Source: Bacteroidales bacterium (GTDB lineage Bacteria; Bacteroidota; Bacteroidia; Bacteroidales; JALOCA01). Taken from it: 64,000 nt of DNA. The notes under the pieces were generated by a model. The model saw only the letters and a program-made list of their open reading frames with translations, did no database searches and had not been told where the DNA came from. The stretch spans positions 1,186,910 to 1,250,909 of the forward strand of contig CAXXDR010000002.1 of the NCBI GenBank assembly GCA_963665885.2, in the 5' to 3' direction. Position 1 is the first letter of the stretch; each line of letters starts with the position of its first letter. Shown one piece after another: positions 53,801 through 60,570 of the stretch. The position numbers and the translations under genes were made by a program.

Positions 53801-56430
53801 AAAATTTTACACGGGCCTGCTGGCGACATTTGTGATGACATGGTATATCCAATATATTGATAACCATCTGCTGGAAGTCCATCATCATAAATCAGTTCTT
53901 CGGTTGTTCCGCCGCCAGAAGGAGCATCCCATGTAAGATGAACATTCTGTCCGGTAACGGAAGCTGCAAGATTGGTAGGAGGATCTAAACCAGGTTGAAT
54001 TCCACCGTTTATGTACAGCGTCGTATTTGGGAAAAGACTCAACGGAGTTGTACCTGTAGGAGGAGCATAAGGATCAAATAATGTATTATCATTATTTACT
54101 GCCAATGTTCTTGAAGGATAAGTAGTACTGGTAGTCGAGTAGAATTGATCAGTTGAAAGATAATACTGAGTATCCATAGGACGGTTAGTCATTATTACCA
54201 GGTTTCCTCCATTATAGGTATAAGGAGTGGTTAATGGAATAATAATGTCATTGATTCCTGCAGGAAATGCTGCAGTACCGTCAAATACCAATGTTAAATC
54301 ATTGGCGCTGATCCAGCCACCCGTTAAGTCAGCAACTGTGGTTTCACCCATGAAAATTTTAACCGGAGTACTGGTAATATCACTCGTAAAACTGTTATGA
54401 TAACCAATCTGAGTGATTTGAACACCTGCAGCCTGTCCAATTTCATCGGGGAAGTACAACGATTCAGCTAAACTGTTTTTCCAGTAAAAGTCGAATGGTG
54501 TTTTTGGTGAACCGGGTAAATCCGTTCCCGTTCCAATAGTTACCATGGTTAAACCAGCTGCCTGTACGTTGACATTGAAATTTGGAGTCTGGTCGTTGAC
54601 CGGGTTTTGGTCGCCCGCTAAGGTTACCTTTCCATAAATATAGGTAGGTCCGGTAGCGCTTGGTGTCCACGGAATAACAAAAGGAATAGATTGTCCAACG
54701 GCAATATCAATACCATTAGCCGTGCCAATCAAAACATTGTTGGCATCGTATAACGATACGGTATAGTTAGCGCCTGATTCTGTCTGTACGCCAGCATTGG
54801 TTACCGTAACGGTATAATCGGAAGATGTTCCCGAAGTCGGGGTAACATTCCCGCTAACCGAAGAAGCTGCCAGGTCGTGGGTTAGAGGAAGCACACAACT
54901 TATTGCTGCTACCCAGCCCGAATAGGTACCTGAACCATCGGAAGTAAAATTAAAAGTAATGGCTCCTGAGGCATTTGCAGGAGAAGCTACCAATTCTACC
55001 AAAGCGGCAGGAATAGTAGTTCCTGTGAAATTGCCAATCATTGGGGCAGTTGCATCTGGTCCATCATATACCTTTAAAAAGTCCCAATTATTTTCAAGAT
55101 CAAACAGTGTGAAATTAAATTTAATTTTAGCGCCTACGGTAGAGGGGGCAAGAGTTAAGGTATAATTTTCGCTGTTTTGATAGGTTCCATCAGGACCACC
55201 CGAATCATAAAACGTTCCGTCGCAAGTGGACATGGTTCCATTCTGCATCAGAATTATGTTACCCAGATTGGTTACCGACTTTGTTTTACTGTTGTTAGCC
55301 GGGTTTTCATCTCCGGATAAACTTACAGTAGAAACAAAAGCATAGGTTTGAACAGCTGATAAATCAGCAGTTTGAATAAATGTATAATCAAACTGTTCAC
55401 CGCTATTGATAGGACCGGGAATTACTTCGTTAACAGCAGCGCCACCATCGACGGTATAACTTACCGGGATATTGGATTGTACGGCTGTACCATTATTTAT
55501 AACCCTTACGCTTACCGTTTCGGTAGCTGTCAGGTTAGGTCCGGTAATAGGAGTAAGTATAGACATCATTGCCATATCGTTGGTGGGCAAAGATCCACCT
55601 GTTCCGTAAATAAGGAAAGGCAGGCCTTTTGCTCCACCGCTACCAGAATCAATAATGTCAGCCCATGCGGCACCTGTCCACTGTTTTGCATTACCTGTTA
55701 CAATCTGTCCAAGAATAGAAATAGGATGAGCCCATGGACCAGAGCTTAAAGATCCGGTACATGTCCATTCAATCCAGTAGTCGCCTGCCGGTAAAACCAA
55801 TCCCGGTGTAGCAGCTACGTTACACATAATCGGTCGGTCGGTATTAACCAAATCTAAAGAACGATAACATCCCGACCAGTAAGTTGAAGTTAAAATATTG
55901 GTAGTTAAATCACCCCATACAACCGAACTTGTTGCCAGGCTGGGATCTCCATTCCATATCTGAACATAGAGTCCGGTAAAGGTTGATGCTGTGGTAGAGC
56001 CGGTTTGGTAACCATAAAATACTAAGGAGTCGACTGTCCAAGCACTCGTAGCAGTAAAATCATCTGCTACATAATAACTGAGAGTAAGATTGCAATTTGA
56101 CCCGTAACTAGTATTGGGCGATTCCAATAAACTAACGTCCGAGCCTCCGGGTCCCCCTCCAGGATTGGTTACAAAAGGACCATTGTCAATAAGAAGTCCT
56201 TTGGGAGAGTGTTTGGAAAAATCTACAAACTGATAAAGAGCTTTGTTATAACCAATAGGCGGAACAACAATATTATTGTTATCCGTTGCTATGTTCTCAA
56301 TTTTAATCAGCCCTTCATTTGCTAATTTTTCCTTTTCTGTTAAAACCTTTTGCTGGGCAAAAGCAAAATTTCCCACCAAAAAGGCAATTAAGACCATAAA
56401 GATCTTAAGAAACCGTAAGTTTGATTTCAT
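44887..56430 (-). CDS. Giant (3847 aa) multidomain T9SS cargo / cell-surface protein with CUB-like, FN3-like, CarboxypepD_reg-like, propeller-like x3, BACON and cohesin-like x2 modules and a type A CTD
   Basis: It is a single uninterrupted 11.5-kb ORF with a signal peptide (MKSNLRFLKIFMVLIAFLVGNFAFAQ). CDGTFYDSGGPDGTYQNSENY...FLKVYDG is CUB-like. GTISVAFTENTSTTPRVGTITVTAPGATGSPKTVTVTQ is BACON-like. V(S/T)(V/L)PV.A.NIV.MGSFQF(S/T)IEYDP.L(L/I).YTG occurs twice and is cohesin-like. The C-terminus VYPNPATDVVNIKV...GTYFVRFVSENGKTTVKKLVIIK is a T9SS CTD. Confidence 0.9.
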   Translation of the reverse strand: MKSNLRFLKIFMVLIAFLVGNFAFAQQKVLTEKEKLANEGLIKIENIATDNNNIVVPPIGYNKALYQFVDFSKHSPKGLLIDNGPFVTNPGGGPGGSDVSLLESPNTSYGSNCNLTLSYYVADDFTATSAWTVDSLVFYGYQTGSTTASTFTGLYVQIWNGDPSLATSSVVWGDLTTNILTSTYWSGCYRSLDLVNTDRPIMCNVAATPGLVLPAGDYWIEWTCTGSLSSGPWAHPISILGQIVTGNAKQWTGAAWADIIDSGSGGAKGLPFLIYGTGGSLPTNDMAMMSILTPITGPNLTATETVSVRVINNGTAVQSNIPVSYTVDGGAAVNEVIPGPINSGEQFDYTFIQTADLSAVQTYAFVSTVSLSGDENPANNSKTKSVTNLGNIILMQNGTMSTCDGTFYDSGGPDGTYQNSENYTLTLAPSTVGAKIKFNFTLFDLENNWDFLKVYDGPDATAPMIGNFTGTTIPAALVELVASPANASGAITFNFTSDGSGTYSGWVAAISCVLPLTHDLAASSVSGNVTPTSGTSSDYTVTVTNAGVQTESGANYTVSLYDANNVLIGTANGIDIAVGQSIPFVIPWTPSATGPTYIYGKVTLAGDQNPVNDQTPNFNVNVQAAGLTMVTIGTGTDLPGSPKTPFDFYWKNSLAESLYFPDEIGQAAGVQITQIGYHNSFTSDITSTPVKIFMGETTVADLTGGWISANDLTLVFDGTAAFPAGINDIIIPLTTPYTYNGGNLVIMTNRPMDTQYYLSTDQFYSTTSTTYPSRTLAVNNDNTLFDPYAPPTGTTPLSLFPNTTLYINGGIQPGLDPPTNLAASVTGQNVHLTWDAPSGGGTTEELIYDDGLPADGYQYIGYTMSSQMSPAGPCKILKLKYYTTLTDPLVSDFEPRVFNWAGTEPGTNILYETTANAVDQGWTEVDISAQNILVDGDFMVGFGSITSGVYMGYNTTDNGRAWDYDNANATWSQWNETYFLRAVVEYTDGRVVELSPVITPQGTKISHERLVNHPRGAGIAHTKAPIPSLGNRALLGYNAYRDDTKLNTSAITDLFYDDMNVAAGTYNYTATAVYNEGESVHTSPVEVTIESSSPNIYATDFESFTAGGQVACQDPVNWTTWSNAPCGTEDAYVSTDFAHGGVNGVKDELSNDLVLPMGNKTAGKYEFSFWMYIPTNCGGYYNLLHNFAGSSSEWGLEFYFTDAGSADLHAGGVVTSVPYIHDQWFKVTNNIDLDNDQAEVLLDDVSVYTWQWSLDPTNGTAGLNQLSAVDFFSGSGATGIVNPLYYFDDLVYKEIVVTPSLYATDFESFTAGGQVACQDPVNWTTWSNAPCSPTEDAYVSTDFAHSGVNSVKDEGVNDLVLYLGNKTTGSYEFDFSMYIPTDFCGYYNILQDFAGTSSTWGLEVYFHTDGSGIINAGGNSAAIFSYNHDLWLPIKNVIDLDNDQAELYIDGNLIYTWQWSLGATGSAGINQLSAVDFFAGADANYTTDVPKYYFDDVDYKAMAAPAVPRIVVTPASLSQDLMPNTTATQTLNIANTGGADLTYNIDIAYNVKSVKVINHNAKYERVIENVPMKGGQVMVEKQGSKLIPSVVNPADIAMSSKAVNKFAPQFSRATVYYNQTGNPSAEGAIASQNFTDMPTYACQGADDFVVPSGATWNVNHVFVNGIYYNGGFEVPAADVIFYADAAGIPGAALYTFTAVPAVSDATGNVNVFLPSTATLTAGTYWVSVAAAMDYTTHFQWMWSKEAAPTVISEFQWQNPGDGFGNGYTTWTSGSIVWSGTLDQNLSFALTDSAQAPPPEGWLAANPLSGTVPAGGNVDIEVAFDATGLPLGTYNGNLAVSSNDPAHPVTDVPATLTVKVPGQMPLIEDWASNSFTTNEWTFDPDQSNWSVSTTGNPAPSAQFSWSPSITNYSVALVSRMLDASAITDNVTLKFDINLNNFSTSTLEGMAVEVFDGSAWQMVHDYQNTNGSFGWISESYNITQWAAGHTFSVRFRAYGENSYNINYWYVDNIKVYQQVVGNLAGTVTLSTGGAPVEGALITIKNALSGTYTATTSNFGTYAINGAEAGDYALTVAKEGYNVVNDNVTIVGNQTVTKDYQLTAPTISVDPTSVTVNVPVGGTTTSTVTLHNDGDGPLAWTGSVQSNKKQISIPASNGNFEHTSASAGVAPVVNKVNVTSDYKGPKGSIAYGFDVNNGIFMSFDMDDPANATTIANVSITPFGGTFDVSNTDFMYVIDYNDGAIKKVDIATGNVTTVGAAGLQSGDTPTGLTCDKLTGILYASSTNGSESMLYTIDPATGASTVVGPTGIPALIDIAIDGTGQMYGYDIVNDNAFKIDKTNGTSTVIGSIGFDASYAQGMCWDPATDAIYMAAYNASSGAGELRLFDRVTGNTAVLGSLPGEIDGFAFPGSVSGWASIDPPSGNIAPGGSQDVIITFDGSYIPPQKDLTVTGNLVFNSDPNVGQAIVALSMTIQGPFFGVLTGTVTHGGTPVEGVTVTATREESPVYVYSMVTGADGTYSFPSTMYGTYDITATKEGYNPYEALGIVVTGDLTTTHAIAMVAPIMVIDPAFITDSADFGQIITRTIHVTNNGDGSLEWTGKTIPNNKLQVSIPASNGNFEHTSASAGVAPVVNKTNVTSAYKGAKGSIAYGFDVNNGIFMSFDMDDPSNPTTIANVTITPFGGTFDPDNTDFMYVIDYNDGAIKKVDIATGNVTTVGAAGLQSGDTPTGLTCDKTDGTLYAASTNGSESMLYTIDPATGASTVVGPTGIPALIDIAIDGDGQMYGYDIVGDNAYKIDKTNGTSTVIGSIGFDASYAQGMCWDPESDVIYMAAYNASTGAGELRLFDKLTGSTAVLGSLPGEIDAFAFPGGASKWLSIDPKTGILPPGTTQDVTVTLDGNYIPPQKDYTLTGNILFTSDPNVATTSVPVTFTVQGDIYGILTGIVSHGGQPVAGVIVTAQKQGTNYSTTSGNNGVYEFPQVLGGSYTVSAEATGYCPFSTTGVVITGGQTTTLDINLTAPTMVITPQEVTVTLQPNQQTDQTIHIANNGDCNLEWASSVIVNNKQMISIPASNGQFPRGTAPVSIGRAPNAAQASPSAINSLLRGSTGYAFDIYPGYTFFSFDTDDPATQNVINSITISPFGGTFDASHTDFMYIIDYNDNHLKKVDVASGNVTDVGLCSSISSGQMWTGIQVDKLTNQMYGVTTDISESYIYTIDMNTAVATVIGPTGIPGCIDIAIDGTGQMYGFDLVGDNSYKIDKSTGTSTMLGSLGYDANYAQGMSWDPLADIVYLAAYNNASGTGELRILDRVSGSTALVGTFGGEIDGLGFPGGGTPPWITVAPTSGIIPPGSSQDVTVHLNSDSLAIGTYTANITYTSEPNVVTINVPVTLNVQNGSLPTVSIANVTAMPGPVSVPVHAANIVDMGSFQFSIEYDPALLTYTGTSSWFAGIDAVTVGNPSPGHLTFVWAAEMQGINIPDGNFFNLDFTWTGTIGQISTLVWSDDPTPREFGDYEGVIFTPSYVNGSVTGGNQQPVLTVTPDNQNVAYPAGNTSFAVANTGSGTMSYTAAVTAGGEWLSITGGGSGGNTGTISVAFTENTSTTPRVGTITVTAPGATGSPKTVTVTQAGFSTEPILTIANIVIQDTGVFTLPVNAMNIVNMGSFQFTIEYDPSLISYTGVSNWYTGIDAVTVGNPSAGHITFVWAADLNGINIPNGNFFDINFNWTAAGASIITPVTWSNDPTPQEFADYDGNIFVPIYVNGSVYYNPNGIPEIGIASNSVYPNPATDVVNIKVSNDIRTVQVMNNLGMIISSATVAQEKTVTLNTSNFSAGTYFVRFVSENGKTTVKKLVIIK
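46260..50385 (-). repeat. Three tandem ~1.38-kb (about 459-aa) intragenic repeats inside the giant gene
   Basis: Copies 1 and 2 are offset by exactly 1377 bp (TACATTACCT at 49678 and 48301). They share runs of more than 70 identical nt, for example ...ACATTACCTGTAGCTATATCTACTTTCTTAATAGCGCCATCGTTGTAATCAATAACATACATGAAGTCGGTATTA. Copy 3 (about 47630-46260) is more diverged. Confidence 0.9.
51915..53145 (-). repeat. Tandem duplication of a ~615-bp (205-aa) module inside the giant gene
   Basis: GCAGGGAGCATTACTCCAGGTGGTCCAGTTGACTGGATCCTGGCARGCTACTTGTCCGCCTGCTGTAAACGATTCAAAATCGGTTGCATAGA occurs at 53053 and 52438. Both protein copies start (I/L)YATDFESFTAGGQVACQDPVNWTTWSNAPC. Confidence 0.9.
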
Positions 56431-57315
56431 AATGATTAAATTTAGTTAGTAATTAAGTTTGATTCAATAATTTAACAAGATTATTATTAACCCTTTTTTG
56501 CATCCGGAATTGAGCTTAAATAACCAAACTGCAATTCCTTTTCTGCAATAAATAATAAAATGTCCTTTCGATAGTTTAGTGCTTTTCCTCCTTTCTTTAA
56601 ATTAGAAAATACTTTATTTGTTTGAAATATATTTGATTATAATTTTAGCAAATTGTGATTTTATTTTAAAAAAAATTCACAACCTGCACTTTACTGATCT
56701 GATGTTATTTGTCAAATCCGAGGGGTAAAAGTATAACCTTTTTCATTAAATGACAAAATATTTTTAAAATTTTTCTTAATTTTTTAATAGATAATTTCTG
56801 CGACGTCCTTTTTATGAAATCCACAAATTAGTTTATGCTCTAATTATGAATTGTTTAAACTAATAAAAGACATGATATTTTTTTAAAAACAGCTAAATCA
56901 TTTATCAAGGGTTTTCCTTTTAATTTTTCGTTTAATAACCCAGTATTTACTAAGCAAATACCTGCCTGCCGATCATAATATTTATTTTTCACCTGTTAAT
57001 CAGATGGTTATTTGGTAATACATTATAAAATAACTGAGAAACAAATCAAAACAATTTCCGTTAACCTATTGTTATAAAAAGTGTTTCTGTAACCATTTTC
57101 TTTTAGAAAAGATTAAAATTCGATTTTTTGCATTATTATGTTATTGTTTATGTGAGCATTATATAATTTTATAGGCGTAATAACTGGCTATTAAGCGTTT
57201 AATTGTTATTACCGGATAAATTTCTTCAATTACATATTCCGGGAACCTGAATAGCCGTTTCTTTGGGGAGAGCGGGTAAGTTTTTAAAAAGATTCCATGT
57301 TTTTTGGTAAAAATG

Positions 57316-57345
57316 TTTGATTAGTTGAATTTTTTTTTAATTTTG
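57316..57345 (+). promoter_or_regulatory. Putative Bacteroidota sigma-A-type promoter for rplU-rpmA
   Basis: TTTG lies at 57316-57319 and TAATTTTG (fitting TAnnTTTG) at 57338-57345, 18 nt apart and about 40 nt upstream of the rplU ATG. Confidence 0.4.
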
Positions 57346-57384
57346 CACCTCCAAATTTGTGGATAAATTTAAAAAAAAATTCAG

Positions 57385-57696
57385 ATGTACGCAATAGTTG
57401 AAATAGCCGGACAGCAATTTAAAGTTGAGAAAGATACAGATATTTTTGTCAACCGCTTAGACAAAGAAGAAGGCGCTAAGGTTGATTTTAAGGAAGTCCT
57501 GTTGGTTGACAACGATGGTAAAGTAAGCGTTGGAATGCCGGTTGTAGAAGGTGCTTCAGTATCAGCTAAAATTATTTCCCATGATCGTGGCGATAAAGTA
57601 ATCATTTTCAAAAAGAAAAGAAGAAAAGGATATCAAAAATCCAGCGGTCATCGTCAGGATTTGACCAAAATTCACATTGAAGAGATAATTGCTTAA
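57385..57696 (+). CDS. rplU: 50S ribosomal protein L21
   Basis: The 103-aa ORF reads MYAIVEIAGQQFKVEKD...KVIIFKKKRRKGYQKSSGHRQDLTKIHIEEI. Confidence 0.97.
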   Translation: MYAIVEIAGQQFKVEKDTDIFVNRLDKEEGAKVDFKEVLLVDNDGKVSVGMPVVEGASVSAKIISHDRGDKVIIFKKKRRKGYQKSSGHRQDLTKIHIEEIIA

Positions 57697-57723
57697 TTTG
57701 TAAATATATAAAATTCCGATAAA

Positions 57724-57984
57724 ATGGCTCATAAAAAAGGTGCCGGTAGTTCGAGTAACGGTAGAGAATCGCATAGTAAACGTTTAGGCGTTAAAATCTT
57801 TGGCGGTCAGTTTGCTAAATCCGGTAATATCATCATCAGACAAAGAGGTACAGTTCACAATGCCGGTATCAACGTTGGAATGGGTAAGGATCATACCTTA
57901 TTTGCTTTAACCGACGGCGTTGTCGTTTTCAAAAAGAAAAGCAAGGATAAATCCTATGTTTCTGTAAGTCCCCTCGAAGTATAA
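57724..57984 (+). CDS. rpmA: 50S ribosomal protein L27
   Basis: The 86-aa ORF reads [29 protein letters not shown]...[23 protein letters not shown]. Confidence 0.97.
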   Translation: MAHKKGAGSSSNGRESHSKRLGVKIFGGQFAKSGNIIIRQRGTVHNAGINVGMGKDHTLFALTDGVVVFKKKSKDKSYVSVSPLEV

Positions 57985-58031
57985 AGAGGTTATAGAAGAT
58001 TTTTTGTAGTTTTTCATAATACTTACGTTTT

Positions 58032-58062
58032 CTCCTGTTGCTTCAGGCAACAGGAGTTTTTT
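58032..58062 (+). terminator. Rho-independent terminator after rpmA
   Basis: CTCCTGTTGC (58032-58041) pairs with GCAACAGGAG (58047-58056) and is followed by TTTTTT. Confidence 0.8.
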
Positions 58063-58187
58063 GTATTTGCCGTTTAATCAAGCGAACGACAACGAATTAC
58101 TGCTAATTGTGCAATTAGATAAAATATTGCTTTTATCTTTTACTGTTTTTCTTTTTATTTTTTTAATTTTACGAAAAAATTCAATCC

Positions 58188-59945
58188 ATGGATAAACGCT
58201 GGAAGTTGAAAGAAAAAGGTGATGATAAAATTGTTAATCAATTAGCTAACAGTTTAAAAATCTGTTCACCTTTAGCCAATCTGCTTGTTCAGCGGGGTAT
58301 AACTACCTATGACGAAGCCAGATCTTTTTTTCGTCCCGAACTGTCGCTGCTACATGACCCCTTTTTGATGAAGGATATGGAAAAGGCGGTTCAACGTATT
58401 GAAACAGCCATCGAAAAAAAGGAAAAAATACTTGTTTACGGCGACTATGATGTGGATGGTACTTCAGCAGTGGCTTTAGTTTATACTTTTCTAAAGGATA
58501 ATTTTACCAATACTATTGATTTTTATATTCCCGACCGCTACAGCGAAGGATATGGCATATCATTTAAAGGAATTGATTTTGCCGCCGCCAACAATTTTTC
58601 ATTAATTATTGTACTCGATTGTGGTATAAAAGCTATAGAAAAAATCAATTATGCCAAAGAGAAAGGCGTTGATTTTATTATCTGCGATCACCACCGTCCT
58701 GGCGATACCATACCCTCGGCAATAGCCGTATTGGATCCTAAACGAAACGATTGTTCGTATCCGTTTGATGAGCTTTCGGGCTGCGGAGTTGGTTTTAAAC
58801 TTATTCAGGCGATAGCCCAAAAAAAGAATTTTCCCTTTTCTGAACTTGAACAATACCTTGATCTGGTTACCATAAGTATAGCTTCCGACATTGTTCCCAT
58901 TACTGGCGAAAACCGTATCCTGGCTTATTACGGTTTAAAAATCATTAATAGCAAACCGCGTCCCGGAATAGAAGCCATACTCAGATGCAGCGGAATAATC
59001 CGACGAAAGGAAACCAACGGATCCATTCAGAATTTCATTTTCAACCGCGAACTGGTTATCAACGATTTGGTTTTTCTTGTTGGCCCGCGTATCAACGCTG
59101 CCGGAAGGATTGAAAGTGGCAAAAATTCGGTCGAGCTCTTGATTAGTAACAATATGGAAGCTGCCGAAAAAATTGCTTTTCAGATAAATGAGTGTAATAC
59201 CGAACGAAAAAACCTCGATACACAAACAACTCATGATGCTCTGGAAATGATAAAAAATGATGAGCACCTGCAAAAAGCCAAGGCTACTGTTCTCTTCAAT
59301 CCCGACTGGCACAAAGGAGTGATAGGTATTGTGGCTTCAAGGCTTATCGAGACTTATTATCGTCCAACAATTATTCTTACCCAAACCGACAACTTAATTA
59401 CCGGATCGGCACGTTCCATTAAAGATTTTGATGTATATGATGCCCTGGATGCTTGCAGCAACTTGCTGGAACATTTTGGCGGGCATAAATATGCAGCAGG
59501 CTTGTCACTTAAAGAAGAACGGCTGGAAGAATTTTGCAAACGTTTTGAAGAAATTGCTTCTAAATTTATTACTGACGAAATGCTTACTCCTGAAGTAGAG
59601 ATAGACTATGATCTCAATTTTAGCGATATCAATTCCAAGTTTGTACGTATTCTCAAGCAATTTGCTCCTTTTGGACCCGGTAATATGTCACCCGTTTTTC
59701 GTACAAATGGAATTGTTAAAGCTAATACACCTCGCATCGTCGGGAAAAATCATTTAAAATTAGATGTTGTCCATCCCGAAATCCAGGGAGGTCCCTATCC
59801 GGCCATTGCCTTTCAACAAGGAGAATACTTTTCCTACATCGAAAAAGGCTTAGCTTTTGATATCTGTTATCATGTGGAAGAAAATGAATGGAATGGAAAT
59901 AAAGAAATTCAACTCAACATTAAGGAAATCAGAATTTTAAATTAA
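58188..59945 (+). CDS. recJ: Single-stranded-DNA-specific exonuclease RecJ
   Basis: The 585-aa ORF has the DHH motifs VYGDYDVDGTSA, VLDCG and ICDHHRP, and the DHHA1 motif GGHKYAAG. Confidence 0.93.
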   Translation: MDKRWKLKEKGDDKIVNQLANSLKICSPLANLLVQRGITTYDEARSFFRPELSLLHDPFLMKDMEKAVQRIETAIEKKEKILVYGDYDVDGTSAVALVYTFLKDNFTNTIDFYIPDRYSEGYGISFKGIDFAAANNFSLIIVLDCGIKAIEKINYAKEKGVDFIICDHHRPGDTIPSAIAVLDPKRNDCSYPFDELSGCGVGFKLIQAIAQKKNFPFSELEQYLDLVTISIASDIVPITGENRILAYYGLKIINSKPRPGIEAILRCSGIIRRKETNGSIQNFIFNRELVINDLVFLVGPRINAAGRIESGKNSVELLISNNMEAAEKIAFQINECNTERKNLDTQTTHDALEMIKNDEHLQKAKATVLFNPDWHKGVIGIVASRLIETYYRPTIILTQTDNLITGSARSIKDFDVYDALDACSNLLEHFGGHKYAAGLSLKEERLEEFCKRFEEIASKFITDEMLTPEVEIDYDLNFSDINSKFVRILKQFAPFGPGNMSPVFRTNGIVKANTPRIVGKNHLKLDVVHPEIQGGPYPAIAFQQGEYFSYIEKGLAFDICYHVEENEWNGNKEIQLNIKEIRILN

Positions 59946-60568
59946 AAAGCTATTAAAACTCTGATTATTAACGCTAATCCGAAAAGGATAAGTAGTATCC
60001 CTACTATATGATTGAGCAATATTAATACTTTGCTATTTAAACGTTGTTTTATACTGTTAGCTATATAACACTTTAAAATATCGGTTGTGAAAACCGTTAG
60101 CAGGGTTCCGCTAAAAAATTCAATTATTTTATCGTTATCGGGGCTATAATTGGCTTTTACCAATCCCATCACCCCTATCCAGAAAATCCATATAAACGGA
60201 TTGGTAAAATTAAGGAAAAAGCCTTTTAAAATATACGTTATCAGGTTAGGTTGTTTAATCTCTTCCTGGTTGTTATCCTCATACATTTTGTATTTATGCC
60301 AAAAGGTATATCCACCAAACAATACCAGAATAATTCCACCAATAATTCCGAAAAAAACATTGTTGGCTTTGCTATCATCAATAAGTTGAAGTGCACCAAG
60401 AAAACAGAGGGCAACCAGGGTTATATCGCTTAAAAATATGCCAACTGCCAGAAAAATTCCCCTTTTAAACCCACGATGGATACTGGTTTGTAAAAGCGAA
60501 AAGACAGCCGGACCCAACATAATGGCAAGCGTAAACCCTAAAATGATGCCTTCCAAAAACGGATACAC
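59942..60568 (-). CDS. LysE/RhtB-family amino-acid exporter
   Basis: The 208-aa ORF has about 6 TM segments. The N-terminus is EGIILGFTLAIMLGPAVFSLLQTSIHRGFKRGIFLAVGIFLSD. Confidence 0.8.
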   Translation of the reverse strand: MYPFLEGIILGFTLAIMLGPAVFSLLQTSIHRGFKRGIFLAVGIFLSDITLVALCFLGALQLIDDSKANNVFFGIIGGIILVLFGGYTFWHKYKMYEDNNQEEIKQPNLITYILKGFFLNFTNPFIWIFWIGVMGLVKANYSPDNDKIIEFFSGTLLTVFTTDILKCYIANSIKQRLNSKVLILLNHIVGILLILFGLALIIRVLIAF

Positions 60569-60570
60569 GG

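Noticed and set aside
44887-56430. Possibility that the repeats in the giant gene are a diversity-generating retroelement target or a phase-variation cassette
   Set aside because: There is no reverse transcriptase, template repeat, invertase or flanking inverted repeats in the window. Differences between repeat copies are spread over all base types and are not adenine-specific.
59942-59945. 4-bp overlap of the convergent recJ and LysE-family stop codons (TTAA)
   Set aside because: It is a palindromic coincidence of TAA stops on both strands, common in compact genomes, with no evidence of functional significance.
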